The notes under the pieces were generated by a model. That model saw only the letters and a list, made by a program, of their open reading frames with translations. It was not told the origin of the DNA and did no database searches. The translations under genes and the position numbers were made by a program. From Amphiscolops sp. MND2022 (taxonomy: Eukaryota): 64,000 bases of DNA. Positions 58,901 through 64,000 of the stretch are shown here, piece after piece; positions within the stretch are counted from its first letter, which is position 1; the number at the start of each line of letters is the position of its first letter. Where the stretch lies: positions 48,734,001 to 48,798,000 of the forward strand of contig OZ076409.1 of NCBI GenBank assembly GCA_964187785.1, written 5' to 3'.

Positions 58901-61900
58901 ACAGGGAGATGCGGAACGTACCACTGAAGGTCTGTTTTTGTGTTTTCAAGTTCTTCTTCCTCCAGAATTCTCACAAACCCCTTTTGTACGTCCACATCAA
59001 TTGTCTCTTTGTAGCGTTGTTTCAAGTTCGCATCCTTCTCCAGTCGGCGCACGAGAGACTTCAATTGGCTTACTGCTGAACTGTAATTGTTTGGCAAATG
59101 CAGCTTTGCATTTTTCCAAAGTAGCCCGACCTCGTACCTCTCTCCATCAAAATTTGTGGTTGCCTTGAGCATTTCGAGGGCTCGCTCGTCTTCCTTGGAC
59201 CTTCCGGATACGCTGCAGTTGGAAGCATACGATTTCATGCTCCACCAAGACTTCACTTGATCCGCTAACGGGTCCACTTCTGCTGCAACTAGACTTTCAG
59301 TTGCGAGCTTTGCTGTCTCTTGTTGAGGCAATGGTCCACTGAGCTTCCATCCCAGTTTCGTTCGCACTGCCCAAGGCTTGGCGTTTCCACACTTTCTATA
59401 GTCGATTGCTCTATGCAATTGGTAGCAATCTTGGCCCAAGATGACTTTCACATCTTTCAGGTTGATGGTAGAATCTTTCAGCACTGACAGGTGTGGATAT
59501 TCTTCCTTCAATTTTTTGAGGTTGTACGTTCGATTTCCTGCATTTACGTCGGGATGACTATAGGCCATGATATCTTCTTTGACTTTTCCGTCCTGATCTC
59601 CAATCCTGACTCGAAGTCGTTCGCTACTAATATCTGACGTTCCATGAATCCCTGCAACATTCAAATCCACTGGCTGTCCCGTCAGATTTAGCGTTTTCAT
59701 CAGGCTCTCGTCCACAAAGGACAGGCTTGCTCCAGAGTCGCACAAAGCGAACGTTTTCACAGTTTTGCTCCCACTCCCTATCGATACTGGAATGACTGGA
59801 AGCACTCCACTGCTTCTCATTGAGGACAGGTTGGAGACCTCATCGACATTTTCAACATTTTTCTTTTGTTCCACGTTCTTGTATGTCCTGTGTAGCAATC
59901 TGTGATGAGGTTTTCCGCAACCATTCATATCGCAGAGTCTACCACAGCAATTTCTCATCTGATGTGCGTCTGACAAGCATTTGAAGCACAATTTCAGCTC
60001 TTTCGCCTTTTGTCCTCTTTCTTCGACGTTCATCTTCTTGAACTTCTCACATTTCCATATTGGATGTTTGCCATCTTTCAGCGCACACTCTGGCTGGTAT
60101 TTTGAGTTGTCACTGGTTGTGTTTGTTGTTGATGTGGCAAACGTGGAGCCTTTGGCCTTTTCCTTGTAGTTCAACTTCGCGCGATCAGCATTCGGGTTTG
60201 AAGACAAAAGCAATTCGTCTTGAACATCTGCTATATCATTGAGCCATTCACTGAACACAGCGAGTCCAGGTTGACACAGGTTCATTTGCTTGACATAAGT
60301 GAGCCACTTCGTTTTCATGTCCAGTGTTAACTTCCTTGTGGCACTGCCCAGAACTCCTTCTGAGTTTGGGTCTCCCACGTAGTTGAATTGTGTCAAAACA
60401 TTCACGCAACTCGACACTATTCTCGCAAACTTGATCAATGCGGCTCCCTCATAAGGTTTCATCGGAGGGAACGAATAGATTCGCTTCAACTGGGCGTTCA
60501 CAACCATTTGAGGTTTTCCAAAGTTTCGAACTAGAATGTTCCACGCCACATTGTACATCTCAGCAGTGTACCCAAGGCCAGCAATCGCTTCGTTGGCTTT
60601 GCCTGTGACCATGGTTTTCAGGTGATTCATCTTTACACTGTCGTCCATATTGGCTGCGTGGACGGTTGCTTGAAAGAGTTGTGACCACTCTGGCCACTCC
60701 AATGGGTCACCGGAAAACTCTGCCAGCTTCAGTTTTGGCAAGCTAGATCTGATGTAGTAGTCATCTCTCGCATTTGACACTATGTTTGGCCCTTGACTTG
60801 GCATATACTGCTTCTGTGTGTTCTCAAGCTGTGGTACTTGAAATGCACTACTCTGGATGCCTCCAAACGTAGGCGGTAACCGATTCGGGTCTGCACTGAG
60901 AATCATCGACGGCTTCGATGGGGCGAATTTCACTTCTGGTTGTGCTGTTGCTCTTTGACTGACAGCATCTATGACAATCTTTGTTCTGTGCTTTCCAATA
61001 CCTCGACTAGCGGCTTCGGTGGATATAGTCGGTTTCACTGGAGGATTCAAGTCCCTCACTAGCGCGGAGCATTGTCCTTCATGCATCGATTGTACTGTTA
61101 TTACTGGTGCTGAGACGGACGTTTGCTGGTATACAGATGGCACGTTAGTCGTCGATGCCACGTTTTCAGCTTCTTCTGTCTTGTCCATCCAATCTGAGAC
61201 TTTCGTCAGATTGTCGTCTGGAGTCTCGACTGGTGAGATTCTCCGGAAACTAGACCCACAACTACTCGGAACATTCGCCATCTCTTTTTCCTTTTCAGCA
61301 ATTCTGGCCCTGCGGGCCACCTCTTCTTGCAAGTCTGCTATCTCCTTCTCTTTTGCCTCTCTTTCCAATTGTTTTGCTTCTCGTTCCAGTTTCTCCAGGC
61401 GCTTTTGAAGTTCTTCGTGCTCTTTCAGAGCTTTCAGTTCTAAATGCATAACTCGTCTTGCACTTGATGTTTTTGAAATCACTGAGGTTTTGTTGCTTTT
61501 GGCTCTTTCACTTCGCGAATGTATACTCAATTCTTCTATTGGCAATGATCTAGCTCCATTTCTTGGCTCTTGGTTGTCATCCGCGTTGTGACCATCATGT
61601 TCCTTTTGCTCATCGTCTGGTTGCCGCTCCTTTTGTGGTGAAGTGCCATTTTTACTTGATTTGTCTGCGGCTACGCTTGCGCGAACGTCTGCCAGTCTTT
61701 GTTCAGCGTCTTCAAGACTTCGCAAAATGGCTCCTCCTTCTCCTGTCTTCAGCAGATCTTCAATCTTCGTTTTAATGTCAGACCGTTTCTGCAGCAATTC
61801 TTGACATGCTGCAGCATAATCTTCTTCGTCGACAACTTTGCCATTTGCGATTGAATCTTCCCGCAACTTTTTGTTGCTATCCATTAGTCTATCAATAGCA

Positions 61901-62319
61901 CGTTTCTTTTCGTCAAGATCCAAGTAATTTAGTATCTGATTTTCGTCTTGCAATGCTGACATCAGCATTTGTACCCTTCCAACGCTAGAGCTTTGCTGCT
62001 GCAACTCAGCCAATCGGCTCTGCATTTCTTTGTTCACTGTTGAGAAGATCTCGGGTATCTGCGGTTGATACTTGACTTTGATCGCATTTTCGACTGCCTT
62101 AATGAGCCGATTCCTCCTGTTTATGGCATCTGTTCGACTTAGCAGTAAATCTGCTATCTGCTTGTCGTCAACATTGCTAGTTAGGTTCTCATCAATTTCT
62201 TTAACAGTCTTACCGTGTTCAACAGCTGCATTCCAATAACTCAACGTTTGGGCTTTGTCAGCAGAGTTCTTCAGAAAGTTTTCGATTTTGTTGATATCGA
62301 ACCGTTTTGGTTCTGCCAT
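55912..62319 (-). CDS. gag-pol: BEL/Pao gag-pol polyprotein with a single premature stop at 56956-56958
   Basis: Gag FSGDPLEWPEW and three Cys-His knuckles; protease LCDSGA; RT FYMDD; Pao RNase H HIFADAS; integrase GVDYFGP..SDNGTNF..GVWERMV. The two ORFs are in the same frame. Confidence 0.95.
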
Positions 62320-62353
62320 CTCTTCTCTTGTCGATTGAACTCAGTTCCCAAAG

Positions 62354-62549
62354 TCACAATAGCCCAATCTCCCAGAGACACCGTAGCCCAATCTCCCAGA
62401 GACACAAAAGCCCAATCTCCCGGAGACACAGTAGCCCAATCTCCCAGAGACACGGTAGCCCAATCTCCCAGAGACACAGTAGCCCAATCTCCCAGAGACA
62501 CAGTAGTCCAATCTCCCAGAGACACAGTAGCCCAAACTCCCAGAGACAC
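62354..62549. repeat. 24-bp tandem repeat, ~8 copies, in the BEL 5' leader
   Basis: Unit CACAGTAGCCCAATCTCCCAGAGA. Confidence 0.95.
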
Positions 62550-62697
62550 ATTAGAGACTCCAAGATCCAGACACTTGTTCTTCTTGGGCAATCTTCTCAG
62601 TTGTCCACCAACGAGTCGTCTTCTTCTAGTCCGGGTCGTCCACCAACGAGTTGTCCGGGTCGGCGGACCAACGAGTTGTCCGGGTCGGCGGACCAAA

Positions 62698-63617
62698 TGT
62701 AACGGCTGCTTGCCCTTATCCTGCGCTGAGGCTTGACAAGCTTTACGCCGCCCTGATCCGTTGCTTAGTGCTGTGGACCGTCACTAAACAATTGCTGGTT
62801 TTCGTGTTTTAAAGGACTGTATCTTTTGACTGGTGGGTCCGATGTGACCCGTGGAATCTCCAGCGATTCCTCTTGCACTGAATTGGACCCGATGTGATCC
62901 TGCACACACTTCCCTCACGGTATCTTCACGCGCTCCGGCTCTCCGACTATGAGAGTAGCTACTTGGTCGCTCTGACTCCAGCGAAAAGTTGTGAAGATTG
63001 AGAAGTTGATTAATTAGTCTCTTGGTCCTGAGACCCAACTTGACTATAGCTATTCAGTGGAAAAAATCTCTATCTAATAATGGTATAAATCTGGTTTACA
63101 ATTTTACAGTAAATATAGAACAAATATCAGTTGAAACATGTGGTATAAATAAATGACATTTAAAGCATAAAATGAAGTTATTGGCTATGTAAACAAAGCA
63201 CATGGTGGTTTTGGCTTGTTGGTCAGGTGGGTTAGAAAGTATGTTTACACTATGTAAATATCATTAATTTCAACAGAGTTACATTCTAATGTGGTCATAT
63301 AGGTAAATAACAAAGTTTACATTTTTGTCTCAATGACCTTGAATACTACACATGTGAGGGGTAAAGGGGGTTATAATGGGTGGATGATCTTGAAACTTGG
63401 CTGGTGTGTTTGTGTTTTGTATTTGCATATGGGTGCCAAGTTTCGTGGCTCTAGGATTAGTATTCTTGGAAAAAACCCATTTGGGGGGGGTTTCCATTTT
63501 TGTCACACTTGATATTTCTTCAAAATTTCTTCTGAGTTTTTAGGAGTTTAAGTTCTTGTATCTCAACCAGCATGTTCTGAATCGAGTTTCTTTGCCTTTT
63601 GATGACTGGCGCCAACA
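62698..63617 (-). repeat. BEL 5' LTR (920 bp)
   Basis: Pair of 55048-55966. Confidence 0.96.
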
Positions 63618-64000
63618 GTACTGTATATTGGAAGATAGATCGAATATAAAACATATACGACCCTGTTCATCGAATCTTATCTACTTTAGACCTATATTGT
63701 GGTGCTGTATATTGAAAGACTGATCGCTTATAAAAGCAATACCATCGTGTTAATTGAGTCTTAGCTACATTAATCCTTTAGTATGGTACTGTAAAATGAA
63801 ATATAGATCGAATATGAGTCCTATACAACTTTGTTCATTAAATCGTAGCTACTTTAGAGCTATATTATGGTACTATATATTGAAAGATCGATCGAATATA
63901 AAACCTATACGATGGTGTTAACTGAATCTTGGCTACTTTAGACCTATAGTTTTGTACTCTATATTGAAAGATAGATCAAATACAAGTTCTTTACAGCTGT
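63618..64000. repeat. 84-bp satellite array, continuing right of the BEL insertion
   Basis: Same unit as 53430-55047, resuming in register after the TSD. Confidence 0.92.

Larger units (their letters stand above)
55048..63617 (-). mobile_element. Full-length BEL/Pao LTR retrotransposon
   Basis: TG..CA LTRs at 55048-55966 and 62698-63617; 5-bp TSD GTACT; PBS-like TGGTCC.. next to the 5' LTR; purine tract next to the 3' LTR. Confidence 0.97.

Noticed and set aside
55134..63038. 84-aa ORFs at 55134 and 62784, and ORFs over 62215-62736
   Set aside because: Incidental frames inside the LTRs and the 24-bp tandem array.

Overview
Eukaryotic, TE-saturated, heterochromatin-like window, probably from an invertebrate animal (spliceosomal GT-AG introns; no prokaryotic genes, CRISPR, rRNA or tRNA seen). 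From left to right: (1) a decayed Ty3/Gypsy element on the minus strand (gag, -1 frameshift site, pol) abutting a convergent, spliced zinc-finger gene, with a 1511-bp tandem duplication across their junction; (2) a second Gypsy remnant cut inside its integrase at 16970; (3) a ~34.2-kb TIR-bounded region (16971-51172) that looks like a giant cargo-carrying DNA transposon; (4) satellites; (5) a near-intact BEL/Pao LTR retrotransposon (55048-63617, 5-bp TSD) inserted in an 84-bp satellite. Region 3 encodes a RAG1/Transib-like DDE transposase fused to BRCT, a zinc-finger + JmjC histone demethylase, a dead-tyrosine-recombinase + SET gene and orphan genes. Its non-coding DNA carries ~23 copies of a TTTG(G/A)TCCCTGTCGTGAGC motif and many unrelated near-perfect palindromes. 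Nested in the (ACT)n poly-Thr tract of its SET gene is a separate 6.9-kb SET-ZnF-tyrosine-recombinase element. The best candidate for a new system is the giant transposon with chromatin writer/eraser cargo plus its private dispersed motif (a possible self anti-silencing system), followed by the microsatellite-inserted recombinase element. All protein assignments come from motif reading by eye, not database searches.
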